NCBI GenBank assembly: GCA_001801465.1
Contig: MGXT01000023.1
Location: forward strand, 3,809-67,808
DNA length: 64,000 bases
Reading direction: 5' to 3'
Source of the DNA: Gammaproteobacteria bacterium RIFCSPHIGHO2_12_FULL_35_23
GTDB taxonomy: Bacteria > Pseudomonadota > Gammaproteobacteria > UBA12402
Made by a program: the position numbers and the translations under genes. The notes beneath the pieces were generated by a model. The model ran no database searches. It saw only the letters and a list, made by a program, of their open reading frames with translations, and was not told where the DNA came from. Shown here in pieces: positions 19,784 to 30,246 of the stretch; the first letter of the stretch is position 1; every line of letters starts with the position of its first letter.

Positions 19784-21001
19784 ATGAACAACAAAGGATT
19801 ATTAGCAGTTGCCCCCTTATTCTTAGTACTGGCTATCGATAGCATGGGACTTGGGATTATATTTCCTATCTTAAGCAGCATGATTATTGATCCACGCTCA
19901 GTTTTTTTAGCGGCGTCAACCTCTACTTTTCAACGTGAATTTTTATATGGCCTTATTATCGGAATTTATATGATCGCCTGGTTTTTTGGCGCGGCTATTT
20001 TGGGAGATTTATCAGATATAATTGGCCGAAAAAAATCCTTATTGATTTGCCTTTTAGGCGCTTGTATAGGGTATTTTATTTCTGGTATTGCTTTTTATCT
20101 CCATAGTGTAAGCATTCTATTACTTGGCCGCATTATTGCTGGTTTCACTGCAGGCAGCCAGCCCATTGCTCAAGCAGCTATTATTGATGTTAGCACTGAA
20201 GAAAATAAAGCACGTAATATTGGTTATATTTTATTAGCGGTTTCTCTTGGCTTTGTGTTAGGCCCACTTGCCGGTGGAATTTTATCAACTAACAGTTTTG
20301 CCAGCTGGTTTAATTATGCAACGCCTATGTTTTTTGCAGCTTTATTTTCTTTATTTAATGCTGTCTTATTATTGTTATTCTTTTCAGAAACATTTGTAAT
20401 TACTAGAATGATTCAAGTTCGTTTACATTACGCCATTCAAATATTTATTGAAGCTTTTCAGCACAAGGGTATTCGCTGGCTTTCCTTGGTATTACTTATT
20501 TTTATTTCTGGTTGGGGAGAATACTTTGGTTTTATTTCACAGTTTCTTTTACGTCGCTATCAATATTCTTCGCTAGAGATTTCTTTATTTATGGTGGCTC
20601 TTGGCATTGGCTTTAGCATAGGTTTTGCATTTTTAGTAGACTTTTGTGCAAGTCGATTCAATTTAAAACGCTGTATCTGTTTTAACTTACTGATTGCTGC
20701 TTTGGTTTGTTTGATTACACTCATTAGTCATACACCAATTATCGCTTGGATAGGCAGTATCATCATTGGCTTGGCTATTTCAATCGCCTATTCCATACTC
20801 ATCACGATGTTTTCCAATCAAGTCACTAATTCAGAACAAGGTTGGGTAATGGGTGTTACCAATGCAATTATGGCCTTATCTTTCGGAATTACTACTTTCT
20901 TTAGTGGTTTTGCAGCTGATATCACTCCAGGTATGCCCATATTTTTAGCCTTTATTGGCATACTTATTTCTACAATTTTGATGTATTTTGCCAAAGTTTA
21001 A
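19784..21001 (+). CDS. MFS transporter (DHA1/TetA-like)
   Basis: GDLSDIIGRK motif A, GRIIAG and GFVLGPLAGG motif C. Confidence 0.88.
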   Translation: MNNKGLLAVAPLFLVLAIDSMGLGIIFPILSSMIIDPRSVFLAASTSTFQREFLYGLIIGIYMIAWFFGAAILGDLSDIIGRKKSLLICLLGACIGYFISGIAFYLHSVSILLLGRIIAGFTAGSQPIAQAAIIDVSTEENKARNIGYILLAVSLGFVLGPLAGGILSTNSFASWFNYATPMFFAALFSLFNAVLLLLFFSETFVITRMIQVRLHYAIQIFIEAFQHKGIRWLSLVLLIFISGWGEYFGFISQFLLRRYQYSSLEISLFMVALGIGFSIGFAFLVDFCASRFNLKRCICFNLLIAALVCLITLISHTPIIAWIGSIIIGLAISIAYSILITMFSNQVTNSEQGWVMGVTNAIMALSFGITTFFSGFAADITPGMPIFLAFIGILISTILMYFAKV

Positions 21002-21020
21002 TTTTCTTTTATAGTGATAA

Positions 21021-22961
21021 TTAGCTATTAAAAATATCTTTTAAACTAGCGGTTTCAGCCAAACAATTTTGCATTGAGCAACATAGAAATTTTTTAAATT
21101 TACTATTGTTTTGAAAAATAACTAATGGTTTAGCACTACGAAAAATTGTATTTAAGATTTGCCAGCCATTTTCTGTAAAATTGCCTTTAATAGCTAACCC
21201 TTTGTTTTGCCAAGTAACAGCTAAGCATAAACTGCTTATGTGATAATTATTTGCAGAATGGAGCAATGGCTCTACTGTACTTAATAATTTATTGAGTCTA
21301 ACAATATAATGTTGATCTCCTATTATTAAAGCTAACTGTGCTAAATTAATAGCCATTAAACCATTACCAGAAGGAGTAGCTCCATCTATAATAGGCTGTA
21401 AATTAGCAATTAAATCTGGGCTTTCTTTTGAAGTTTGAAAGTATAAATTATTTTGACTGTCAGAAAAATGCTTGTCAGCTTCTTCCAGCCATTCGCTGGC
21501 TTCTTTTAAAAAACTGTCTTTACCAGTAATACTATATAAAGTAATTGCAGCCTGAATAATAGCTGCATAATCTTCCAACATAATGACTGATTGATATTGT
21601 TTATCACGGTAGCAATGGCACCATTGACCATTAACTCGTAATAGATTTTTTAAAGATTGATAAAGATTTTGAGCTAGCTCAAACCATTCAGGTTGATTAA
21701 ATACAATGCTAGCTTTTGCTAACGCGCTCACTAATAAGGCATTCCAATCTAATAATATTTTATCATCCCGATTAGGACGAATTCTCTGTTGACGAGCTAA
21801 GTATAATTTAGCATTTAATTTATCTATTAACTCCTCTGGTAATTGCACTGAATTTCTATGATTCAAATGCAAAATATTTTTATTTTCCCAGTTCCCCTCT
21901 GGCGTACAACCATAATAAACCAAAAACTGCTCCGCGCTTTCTCCTAATATTTCTTGAATTTCATCCCAAGTCCACACATAGTACTTACCCTCTTCTCCTT
22001 CACTATCTGCATCAAGTGAGGCAGCAAACACTCCTTCCTCTAAATACATTTCGGCAAGTAGCCACTGAATAGTTTGTTTAATTCTTTTTAAAAACATAGG
22101 ATTAGGTCTCTGCTGATAAAGCAGAGTGAGCCAATCAATTATTAAAGCATTATCGTAAAGCATTTTTTCAAAATGCGGTGCCAACCAAGTAGTATCTGTG
22201 CTATATCGCATCCAACCACCGGCTAAATGATCATAAATGCCTCCTAAACACAGTTTTTCAGCTGTCAGATAGCAAGCAGAAATAAGCTGCTGTTGATTAG
22301 AATACATTGCTTGTACAAAAATCCACTGCCAAAGAGCTATTTGAGGAAATTTAGGCGTGCCTTGTAGCCCACCCTCATCGAAATCTATCGCTTGTAAAAT
22401 GTCTTGTTGTGAAATAAGCAAATCCTGCCATTTAATTATTTTATCTTGAATACTGGAAAGCTTGATTTTTAATTGAGTAATAATACTTTCTACTACTTTA
22501 GTCACTGCTTCTTGCTGATTTTCCCAAATATGAATAATTTGCCTTAAAAGTTGTAAAAAGCTAACTTGACCGTAACGTGGTTGATTAGGGAAGTAAGTAC
22601 CGCCAAAAAACGGTTTACCTTCTGGAGTAAGAAATATATTTAATGGCCAGCCACCTTGACCCGTCATACTAACTAGAGCCCGCATATAAATGTTATCTAT
22701 ATCTGGACGCTCTTCTCGATCTACTTTGATGCAAACAAAATGTTGATTTAAAAAAGCTGCTATCTCTTGATCCTCAAAACTTTCATGAGCCATCACATGG
22801 CACCAGTGGCAAGCGGCATAACCTATTGATAAAAAAATGGGTATTTTTCTTTTTTTAGCAGTAATAAAAGCTTCATCACACCAAGGATACCAATCAACTG
22901 GATTTTCTTTATGCTGTAGTAGATAAGGGCTTAATGCATTGGCTAATTTATTCATATCCAA
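21021..22961 (-). CDS. YyaL/SSP411-like thioredoxin-domain protein
   Basis: SPYLLQHKENPVDW, CHWCHVMAHESF, DREERPD, PKFP, PHFEKMLYDNA and DADSEG. Confidence 0.93.
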   Translation of the reverse strand: MDMNKLANALSPYLLQHKENPVDWYPWCDEAFITAKKRKIPIFLSIGYAACHWCHVMAHESFEDQEIAAFLNQHFVCIKVDREERPDIDNIYMRALVSMTGQGGWPLNIFLTPEGKPFFGGTYFPNQPRYGQVSFLQLLRQIIHIWENQQEAVTKVVESIITQLKIKLSSIQDKIIKWQDLLISQQDILQAIDFDEGGLQGTPKFPQIALWQWIFVQAMYSNQQQLISACYLTAEKLCLGGIYDHLAGGWMRYSTDTTWLAPHFEKMLYDNALIIDWLTLLYQQRPNPMFLKRIKQTIQWLLAEMYLEEGVFAASLDADSEGEEGKYYVWTWDEIQEILGESAEQFLVYYGCTPEGNWENKNILHLNHRNSVQLPEELIDKLNAKLYLARQQRIRPNRDDKILLDWNALLVSALAKASIVFNQPEWFELAQNLYQSLKNLLRVNGQWCHCYRDKQYQSVIMLEDYAAIIQAAITLYSITGKDSFLKEASEWLEEADKHFSDSQNNLYFQTSKESPDLIANLQPIIDGATPSGNGLMAINLAQLALIIGDQHYIVRLNKLLSTVEPLLHSANNYHISSLCLAVTWQNKGLAIKGNFTENGWQILNTIFRSAKPLVIFQNNSKFKKFLCCSMQNCLAETASLKDIFNS

Positions 22962-23117
22962 TTCCTTCTTATAAATTAGTATATCATTTTAAGTGCGTCT
23001 TTTGCTATTGGTCACAATAATTATAAAGCTTAAAGTATTTTGCAAATTTTTATCTCGATCTTAATAAAGTAAATTGTTATCATAATCCAAAATTTAATAA
23101 TAAATGGTAGCAAGTGT

Positions 23118-23369
23118 ATGTTTTTTGATCGCCCCCCTTATATACTTCCAAAAAAGAATTATAGTGACTGTCCAACTACACAAGAAAGTTCTAACCCTTG
23201 CTCAAACCCTAATTCTATTGTTGAATTAGTTTATGTAGGAATTATTGGATTAGGATTAATTTCCTGTTTAATCTACTGCTGTATTAATAAATATCGTAAA
23301 CCTTCTACTCTAGCAACTGCACGTAGTGAAAGTTCAGAACCAACTACTCAACCCTATCATTCGTTGTAA
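23118..23369 (+). CDS. Small single-pass membrane protein of unknown function
   Basis: One hydrophobic helix (LVYVGIIGLGLISCLIYCC) followed by basic residues; 83 aa. Confidence 0.55.
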   Translation: MFFDRPPYILPKKNYSDCPTTQESSNPCSNPNSIVELVYVGIIGLGLISCLIYCCINKYRKPSTLATARSESSEPTTQPYHSL

Positions 23370-23392
23370 TAAACAAATTATTAAATTTATTA

Positions 23393-24337
23393 TTATTTTC
23401 TGGATAATGATGAAACAAAAGTAGGCAGTTGAGATAGACTTACTCCAATTGGACAGGGCTGATAAACTGTCATTAAAAAGTTATCTCTTTTTTCTCGTTT
23501 AATGAATGGAACTTTTACCTCATAGTAATGATCCTGCTCATCAAGCCCTAGGCAAGCAACATAGCCATAGTATCTATCCACCAATGAAATTGTACTATGA
23601 GTAACTTTTCTTGGATAAATTTTATATAAATGATCAGAAACAACTTCATAAATACCTGGTAATGCTATAGCAGATTCTTGGAAAGCAACTCCTTCTTCAT
23701 GATCTTTGCAAATGTCAGCTTTTATTTGCCAACGAACAGTGCCTTGCTTAATTACAAATGATCTAGGCAGTTGCCAATGGGTTGGTTTTAATACCCCCAC
23801 ACAAGGATCTCCCTCCATTTCAATCGCTATAGCAGGAGGTACTGAAGATCTTATAAAAAAAGGAAGTCGATGGTTAAGTTTAGTATAGAGTTGTACTTCC
23901 AGATTACCCCCTTGACACAAAATTGCCACATTGACAAATTCGTTTTCATTTACCAACACTAACCAAGTGCCAAAATGACAAGTTAGCCATTCAGGTAATT
24001 TTTTTAAAAGACTTTTTAAAGGATTAACAACCTCGCCTTCAAAAAGCTTTTTAGATAAAAGCGGAAAAGAATGCTCAGGGGTTGCTAAGTGTACTCGTAA
24101 GGTATCATCGTGTTTATCTGCTTTCTCTAAGCAAGCTGCCTCCATTAAAAACTGTAAATCTTCTAAAGAGTTTCTTGCTTGCATAACCATTTTGTCTGCA
24201 CGTAGTGGAAAACGAAATTGTAATTCGACTTGACGACAAGCATGTATAAATTGTACAGCGGGTAATGGCGGGTTTAAACAAGAAATTATTTTCCCACGTG
24301 GTACACTGGATCGAAAAAAATTAATGAAATTAACCAT
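23393..24337 (-). CDS. Hypothetical protein with a divergent nitrilase-like Glu-Lys-Cys triad
   Basis: LATPE, N.AIL...LYTK and ADICKDH in nitrilase order. Confidence 0.55.
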   Translation of the reverse strand: MVNFINFFRSSVPRGKIISCLNPPLPAVQFIHACRQVELQFRFPLRADKMVMQARNSLEDLQFLMEAACLEKADKHDDTLRVHLATPEHSFPLLSKKLFEGEVVNPLKSLLKKLPEWLTCHFGTWLVLVNENEFVNVAILCQGGNLEVQLYTKLNHRLPFFIRSSVPPAIAIEMEGDPCVGVLKPTHWQLPRSFVIKQGTVRWQIKADICKDHEEGVAFQESAIALPGIYEVVSDHLYKIYPRKVTHSTISLVDRYYGYVACLGLDEQDHYYEVKVPFIKREKRDNFLMTVYQPCPIGVSLSQLPTFVSSLSRK

Positions 24338-24465
24338 ATAGAATGTTTTTATTATTGTAAATTTGAATAAATTATAGCCATTATACCAAATTACAGTAAT
24401 TACTCAACTTGTATTAATCACTCCAAAGACTACACTTAAAATGGTTAAATAAGGAATAAATCGAT

Positions 24466-25962
24466 ATGGAAAATAAATTACTTCCCGCTCTAATTGTCGG
24501 TGCTGGACCAGTCGGTTTATCTACGGCCTGTGAATTAAAACAACACGGCATTGATTGCCGAATTATTGATAAAAAACCAGAGGCTACTCAAACTTCTAAT
24601 GCCCTGGGTGTTCATGCTAGATCGTTAGAAATGTGGGCTGGAATGGGTATTGTTGAGCAAGCATTGCAACAAGGTTTAAAACTGCAAGGGATAACTATCT
24701 ATGATCAAGCTATTCAACCTCTAATCACTTTATCGCTGGAAAAATTATTACCTTCAGCTTTCCCCTATGTACTAAGCCTACCACAAAGCAAAACAGAACA
24801 ATTATTAACTCAACATTTAGCAAGTTATGGATTAACAGTTGAAAGGTCATGCTCATTAACCTCTTTAGAACAATCAAAAGATTATATAATAGCAAAAATT
24901 AAGCACACAGAAGGCTCTATTGAAACAATTAACACACAATGGCTACTAGGGTGTGATGGTTATCATAGTAGTGTTCGCGATAGCTTAAATATCCAATATG
25001 AAGGTAATGACTTAAAACAAGAATTTATTATGATTGATGCACCACTGACTTGGCAAAAAGAGTCTAATAAAATTTTAATTTTTTATCATCCAAGTGGAAT
25101 TACTGCTGTTTTCCCAATGGTAGATTCAAGCAGAATTATCATCGAAGTTTCAAATGACAAGTCTTTTAATGCAAATATTTCCCTCACTTATACAACCTTT
25201 TTATCTATTTTGCAAAATAGATGGCCATTTGAGTTTAGCTTAGGAAAAGAGCGTTGGATGAGTCATTTTTTTATTCATGAACGCTTAGCAAATCATTATC
25301 GATTTGATCGAATTTTTTTGCTTGGTGATGCAGCTCATGTTCATTCACCAGCTGGTGGTCAGGGTATGAATACGGGCATGCAGGATGCTTATAACTTAAC
25401 CTGGAAACTCGCATTAGTAATTAAAGAGCAAGTTAACCCTAGTTTATTAAATACCTATGAAGAAGAGCGAAGGCCTATTGCTAAAAAAGTTTTAAATTCC
25501 TCAAATCAAATGACCAAAATTGCAGTGCTTAGAACCAAGATAGCCGTTGTATTACGCAATTTTCTTGCAAAAAATGTTTTTAGCAATAAAAAATTACAAC
25601 AAAAATTTGCTCTGCAAATAAGCGGCATTGCCAACAATTATCGACACTCATTTCTCAGCAAAGATTATGTTAAAAATTCTTGCTTAAAAGCTGGTGATCG
25701 TGCTCCTACGATAATTAAAAATAAAAAATTTACACTTCTGATAGCTGAAGATTGCTTAGATAAAGAAAAAATTATACGCCTAATTGAAATAAATTATATA
25801 CAGCTAGTTGGCTGGCAAATATTGTCAATTAATAATGAACAATATACACTGTATCAATTGAATAAAAGTTACTGCTTGATACGACCAGATCAATATCTGG
25901 CATCACAAGGCAGTACCTATGAGCATTTAAAAGACTACTTAGTCAGGTTTTTAATTCAATAA
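24466..25962 (+). CDS. FAD-dependent monooxygenase (PcpB/rifampicin monooxygenase-like)
   Basis: VGAGPVGL, GCDGYHS, LGDAAHVHSPAGGQGMNTGMQDA and IRPD. Confidence 0.93.
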   Translation: MENKLLPALIVGAGPVGLSTACELKQHGIDCRIIDKKPEATQTSNALGVHARSLEMWAGMGIVEQALQQGLKLQGITIYDQAIQPLITLSLEKLLPSAFPYVLSLPQSKTEQLLTQHLASYGLTVERSCSLTSLEQSKDYIIAKIKHTEGSIETINTQWLLGCDGYHSSVRDSLNIQYEGNDLKQEFIMIDAPLTWQKESNKILIFYHPSGITAVFPMVDSSRIIIEVSNDKSFNANISLTYTTFLSILQNRWPFEFSLGKERWMSHFFIHERLANHYRFDRIFLLGDAAHVHSPAGGQGMNTGMQDAYNLTWKLALVIKEQVNPSLLNTYEEERRPIAKKVLNSSNQMTKIAVLRTKIAVVLRNFLAKNVFSNKKLQQKFALQISGIANNYRHSFLSKDYVKNSCLKAGDRAPTIIKNKKFTLLIAEDCLDKEKIIRLIEINYIQLVGWQILSINNEQYTLYQLNKSYCLIRPDQYLASQGSTYEHLKDYLVRFLIQ

Positions 25963-25969
25963 GGTTTTT

Positions 25970-26329
25970 ATGCAAAAAGTTAATCTGCAAGAAAAACTAA
26001 ACTTATTTAATGAATATTGGGCGCCAAAAATTGTAGGTAATATTAATGGGTCACAAGTTAAATTAGCAAAACTAAAGGGTGAGTTTGTTTGGCACAAACA
26101 TGATAATGAAGACGAGATGTTTTTTATTATTAAAGGCAAACTATTAATTAAATTTAAAGATCACAATCTTTCTTTACAAGAAGGTGAGTTTCTTATTATT
26201 CCTAAAGGTGTTGAACATATGCCGGTTGCAGAAGAAGAGGTTCATGTAATGCTTATTGAGCCTAAGACAACACTACATACTGGTGATATTAAATGTGATC
26301 TCACCAAAAACAATCAAGAAAGAATTTAA
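25970..26329 (+). CDS. Cupin domain protein
   Basis: GEFVWHKHDNEDEMF and PKGVEHMP. Confidence 0.9.
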   Translation: MQKVNLQEKLNLFNEYWAPKIVGNINGSQVKLAKLKGEFVWHKHDNEDEMFFIIKGKLLIKFKDHNLSLQEGEFLIIPKGVEHMPVAEEEVHVMLIEPKTTLHTGDIKCDLTKNNQERI

Positions 26330-26333
26330 TTCG

Positions 26334-27233
26334 TTATTGCAAAGATTTAATAAAGTTTTTAATTAGTCTTTCTGCTTTACTAGGATCCGATTCATAACAG
26401 GCTGGTTTAGCGCCTGTAAAAATTTCATATTGAATTTTATTTTGAGGAAATGAAGCAATTAGTTCTTGTGCTGTCTTTAAAGAGTGCATTGGACCTTGAT
26501 CACCACTTAAAAAAAACACAGGGCATTTTGTATATTTCAATTTATCTCTAAAATCAAATTCCAATAGCTCACCAGTTAAAAAATGCTCTCCTAGTTTAAA
26601 ATTTGAAAATTTAGGATCGCACAACGAAAAATCATCAAGCACTTTAACAGGATTACCAAATAAAGTTAATACAGTGTAAAAATATTTTTCCAATACTTCG
26701 TTGTTTAAAGGGCCATCAAGAAACTGGTTTGTAATAACAAGACCTTCTTCAATTGATTTACCTCTTTCCTTAAGCTTTTTTTCTACTAAATTCAACATGT
26801 ATTGTCTGTCAATATGAGCATCCGTATCACTTAAAATAAGTGCCAAAGGGTGGTCTGGAAATTGAATATTATAAGACATGGCCACCATCCCTCCATAAGA
26901 AATACCACCAACAATAGGATTTTCAATGTGTAATGCTTGACAAAAATTATAAATATCTTGTCCCCATTGCTCAAGCGTCCAAGTCTTTGAGTCCTTGCAT
27001 TGACTACGACCACTACCTCGTTGATCAATAAATATTACTTCTGCAATATCTGAAAACCGAGACCAAAAATTAACATAAGGTGAGTGATCAAAAAAACCAG
27101 CACCACCATGTAAAAAAATAAATGTTGGTTTTTCTTTTTTAGTAGGATTAGCTAAGTCTAATTTAGAGCCATAAACTTCAAAAAATAATTTAATATCACC
27201 AATATTTATATACATTGCTTTCTCCGATATCAA
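26334..27233 (-). CDS. Alpha/beta hydrolase (proline iminopeptidase-like)
   Basis: LHGGAG, DQRGSGRS and GISYGG nucleophile elbow; the catalytic His is apparently absent. Confidence 0.8.
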   Translation of the reverse strand: MISEKAMYINIGDIKLFFEVYGSKLDLANPTKKEKPTFIFLHGGAGFFDHSPYVNFWSRFSDIAEVIFIDQRGSGRSQCKDSKTWTLEQWGQDIYNFCQALHIENPIVGGISYGGMVAMSYNIQFPDHPLALILSDTDAHIDRQYMLNLVEKKLKERGKSIEEGLVITNQFLDGPLNNEVLEKYFYTVLTLFGNPVKVLDDFSLCDPKFSNFKLGEHFLTGELLEFDFRDKLKYTKCPVFFLSGDQGPMHSLKTAQELIASFPQNKIQYEIFTGAKPACYESDPSKAERLIKNFIKSLQ

Positions 27234-27280
27234 TATTTTTACTATTAGCTAATTTTTCACTATTAAAGTAATCAAGTAAA

Positions 27281-28804
27281 TTATATTTTAGGAACTCTTG
27301 TCTCATTAGCACTACTACGGCTTATTACTACATTGCTCCTACGTTCAGCTTTATCTGCCTTACTTGCAAAAAACCCTGTTAATTGACTTTCATAGATTGA
27401 ACAAACGGCTTCTGTTTCTAAAATAGCTTCTTCTTCAGAGGATTTACTTGCCATAATTACGATATCTTCTGATTTTACAGCGCTAATAGTAAAGTCTACT
27501 TTTACGACTGGCACTTGTAGAGTAGCTCGATTAGGCTTAATCTCAACATAAATCACTAATCTATTTAAAACTGATAAAGCATCTTCATGAATCCCTAAAC
27601 AGTTTGGCTCAGCTTCTTTACTAACAAAAGCCGCATATTGTCCATCTTGTCTTTGTAAACTTCGCAATAATGAAAGCGCTCCAGCTCTTAAGTAAATAAC
27701 GCATAGATATTCATGACTTACATGCGCTCCTGGTGCAGCATTTTCCAAAAAAAACCATTTTTCACGTTCTGTAGAGCTTGGCCCTTGTCTAAGGGCCTTA
27801 CAGTCTTTAATATTTCTCTTTTCGTCTTCTGAAACAAACCGATATAATAAATCAAACCTTTCCCCTTTAGCTCTTGGTATTTCAGCAAAAGCCTCAAGTA
27901 ACTTAATATCTTCTTTTCTCAATTTAATTCTAGGAAGCTCTTTTTCCCAATAGGCTAGATTAATTTCTAAGCTGGAAAAAAGTATACCTGTCTTAATACT
28001 ACCTTCTTCTGTAAAATATCGCTCCAACATAACTTGAAAATATTTTCGTTGATCAGCTCGCATTAGTTCGATTAACTCTAGCTCTAACTTATTTTGGTCA
28101 GTAATACCTGATAGTGTTTGCTTAAATCGATAAAAACGTGCCTTTCGATAACTCTCAGCCAACTCAAATAAACTTTTAATTAATTCTTTTAAATATGTAC
28201 TTATTAATTTTAAAGTTATACTAATATTTTCTTGAAGCAGCTCAACTTGTCTTTGACTTTCTGTTCCTTCTGAAAAGTGTAAATATTTATTTTGATAAAA
28301 GGTTAAATAAGTTAAATACGCATGAGCATGCTGAATAGTCACTTTTCTTAGCCTACCATCTTCAAAAAGAGGTGAGCAAAAATCGACAAAATTTACTATT
28401 CCTTCTTGTGGTATGGCAGCTTGAATTAATTTTTTTCCTTGCCTTGTCAAATATTGATTGCCAAAATCAAGAATTGTTTTGACAAATCTATCGATTAATA
28501 AGTGAAAATTTTCTGTCAATTCTTTGTCAACTTGTTTAATTACTTCATCAATTTCATATTTAACCATAAGCTTTTCTGCCATTAAAGCCCAATATTGCTC
28601 ATGGTCATAGGTTGAAAAAGCTTTGATTAGTTTATCTTGTAATTCTCCCAACAAAACCTTTTCAGATTTATCTGCTTGAGTTATTATAGCCTGCATAGTA
28701 GCAAGAAATACAGGTGACCGAAAAAATTCTTTAAATAATTCGTTTAAATCTGACTTGGTTTCAGTTGGAAACTTCATAAAATCAGCAAATTCATCGATTG
28801 GCAT
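27281..28804 (-). CDS. Hypothetical protein, candidate secreted effector (helical N-terminus, possible ART-like domain)
   Basis: 507-aa ORF; acidic block SSEEEAILETE and TGFF near the C-terminus; LYRFVS...KWFF...KEAEP region. Confidence 0.6.
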   Translation of the reverse strand: MPIDEFADFMKFPTETKSDLNELFKEFFRSPVFLATMQAIITQADKSEKVLLGELQDKLIKAFSTYDHEQYWALMAEKLMVKYEIDEVIKQVDKELTENFHLLIDRFVKTILDFGNQYLTRQGKKLIQAAIPQEGIVNFVDFCSPLFEDGRLRKVTIQHAHAYLTYLTFYQNKYLHFSEGTESQRQVELLQENISITLKLISTYLKELIKSLFELAESYRKARFYRFKQTLSGITDQNKLELELIELMRADQRKYFQVMLERYFTEEGSIKTGILFSSLEINLAYWEKELPRIKLRKEDIKLLEAFAEIPRAKGERFDLLYRFVSEDEKRNIKDCKALRQGPSSTEREKWFFLENAAPGAHVSHEYLCVIYLRAGALSLLRSLQRQDGQYAAFVSKEAEPNCLGIHEDALSVLNRLVIYVEIKPNRATLQVPVVKVDFTISAVKSEDIVIMASKSSEEEAILETEAVCSIYESQLTGFFASKADKAERRSNVVISRSSANETRVPKI

Positions 28805-28820
28805 AGTTTTTCCTTAGCTA

Positions 28821-29996
28821 TTAATCAAGGGTTATTAAAAATCCTTTTAAATATTCAGTTTCTAAAATTGTAGGATGGATAGGATGATCATAATCTTGAT
28901 GGCAATATTTTAATATTTTTATGTTTTTCTTTTGCCGTAACGCAGCTTTTCTAATTATAGAACGTAAATCTTCTCCGCTAAGGTGCATCGAGCAAGATGC
29001 ACTGAATAACAGACCTTCTGGATTTAAAACCTGTAAAGCAAGTTCGTTTAATTTTTGATAAGCTTGTAATCCGGCATTAAAATCTTTTTTCTTTTTAATC
29101 AATGCTGGTGGATCTAAAATTATCACATCAAATTTTTCCTTATCATTGATAAAATTCTGCAAGGCAACAAAAGCATCTTCTTTAATACCCTCCACCTGAT
29201 GAAGGGAATTATTTTTAGCATTAGCTAGTAATTGTTCCACAGCAGCCGCTGAAGCATCAATCGCAATCACATGCTTTGCTCCTTGCTTTGCACAAGGCAA
29301 TGTAAAAGCGCCAAGATAAGAAAATACATCTAATACCACCTTATTTTTGGAAAGTTGGCTAATCATTCGCCTATTAGCTCGGTGATCATAAAACCATGCT
29401 GTTTTTTGCCCTGTCATTAAAGGCGCTAAAAAATTACATTCATTTTCAAGAATTCTACAATGATCAAGCTCCTCACCATAAATAATTTTCCTATACTGCT
29501 CTAACCCTTCCAACTTTCTTTGACTGCTATCATTACAAAGCATTATTGTTTTAACTGGCATTAGTTTTATTAACGCATCAATAACAAAATTAATTCTTTG
29601 ATCTACTCCAGCTGTATTAGCTTGCAATACCCAAACATCATCATAACGATCAATCACTAATCCAGGTAATCCATCACTTTCTCCGTATACAGCTCGGTAA
29701 AAAGGCAGGGGAAATAAGCGTTCACGTAATGCAATAGCTTTTTGTATTCTTTCCTTAAAAAAAGCTTCATCTATTTGAACATCTTCTTTCGATAACAGTC
29801 TTACACAAAGTAAACAATTAGGATTGATATAACCCACTCCCAACATTCTTCCTGAGGCAGCAATTATTTTAACTAACTCTCCCGCTTGAAATTGTTTTAA
29901 AGGTGAACGTTTAGCATCTATTTCATTACTATAAATCCATAAATGTCCCGCTAGTAAACGTCGCTCCTGGTCTTTATTTAAAAATAGAGTTTGCAT
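28821..29996 (-). CDS. rlmI: RlmI-family PUA + SAM rRNA methyltransferase
   Basis: GHLWIYSNEI, ESDGLPGLVIDRY, GQKTAWFYDHR, LDVFSY, LDPPA, DHP and YLK. Confidence 0.88.
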   Translation of the reverse strand: MQTLFLNKDQERRLLAGHLWIYSNEIDAKRSPLKQFQAGELVKIIAASGRMLGVGYINPNCLLCVRLLSKEDVQIDEAFFKERIQKAIALRERLFPLPFYRAVYGESDGLPGLVIDRYDDVWVLQANTAGVDQRINFVIDALIKLMPVKTIMLCNDSSQRKLEGLEQYRKIIYGEELDHCRILENECNFLAPLMTGQKTAWFYDHRANRRMISQLSKNKVVLDVFSYLGAFTLPCAKQGAKHVIAIDASAAAVEQLLANAKNNSLHQVEGIKEDAFVALQNFINDKEKFDVIILDPPALIKKKKDFNAGLQAYQKLNELALQVLNPEGLLFSASCSMHLSGEDLRSIIRKAALRQKKNIKILKYCHQDYDHPIHPTILETEYLKGFLITLD

Positions 29997-30246
29997 AAAT
30001 TTTTTATCGAATTTTAAGTTTGTTAAGTGTAACTAATTTTTGCTATTAAATTAAACACTTATTAAAAAATAAAATTCATAGTGTTTTCAATAACTTACAC
30101 TTTTCACTACCTGCTAATTAAATTTACAATTTATCTAGCATCAACCGCTAGTCCATGTATAATGATTTCCAAGTTGCCTATATCTTTGTTAATTTTATGA
30201 TCAATTTATAGCGACTGACATTTTGTTTTTTTACGAGGAAATTTTC

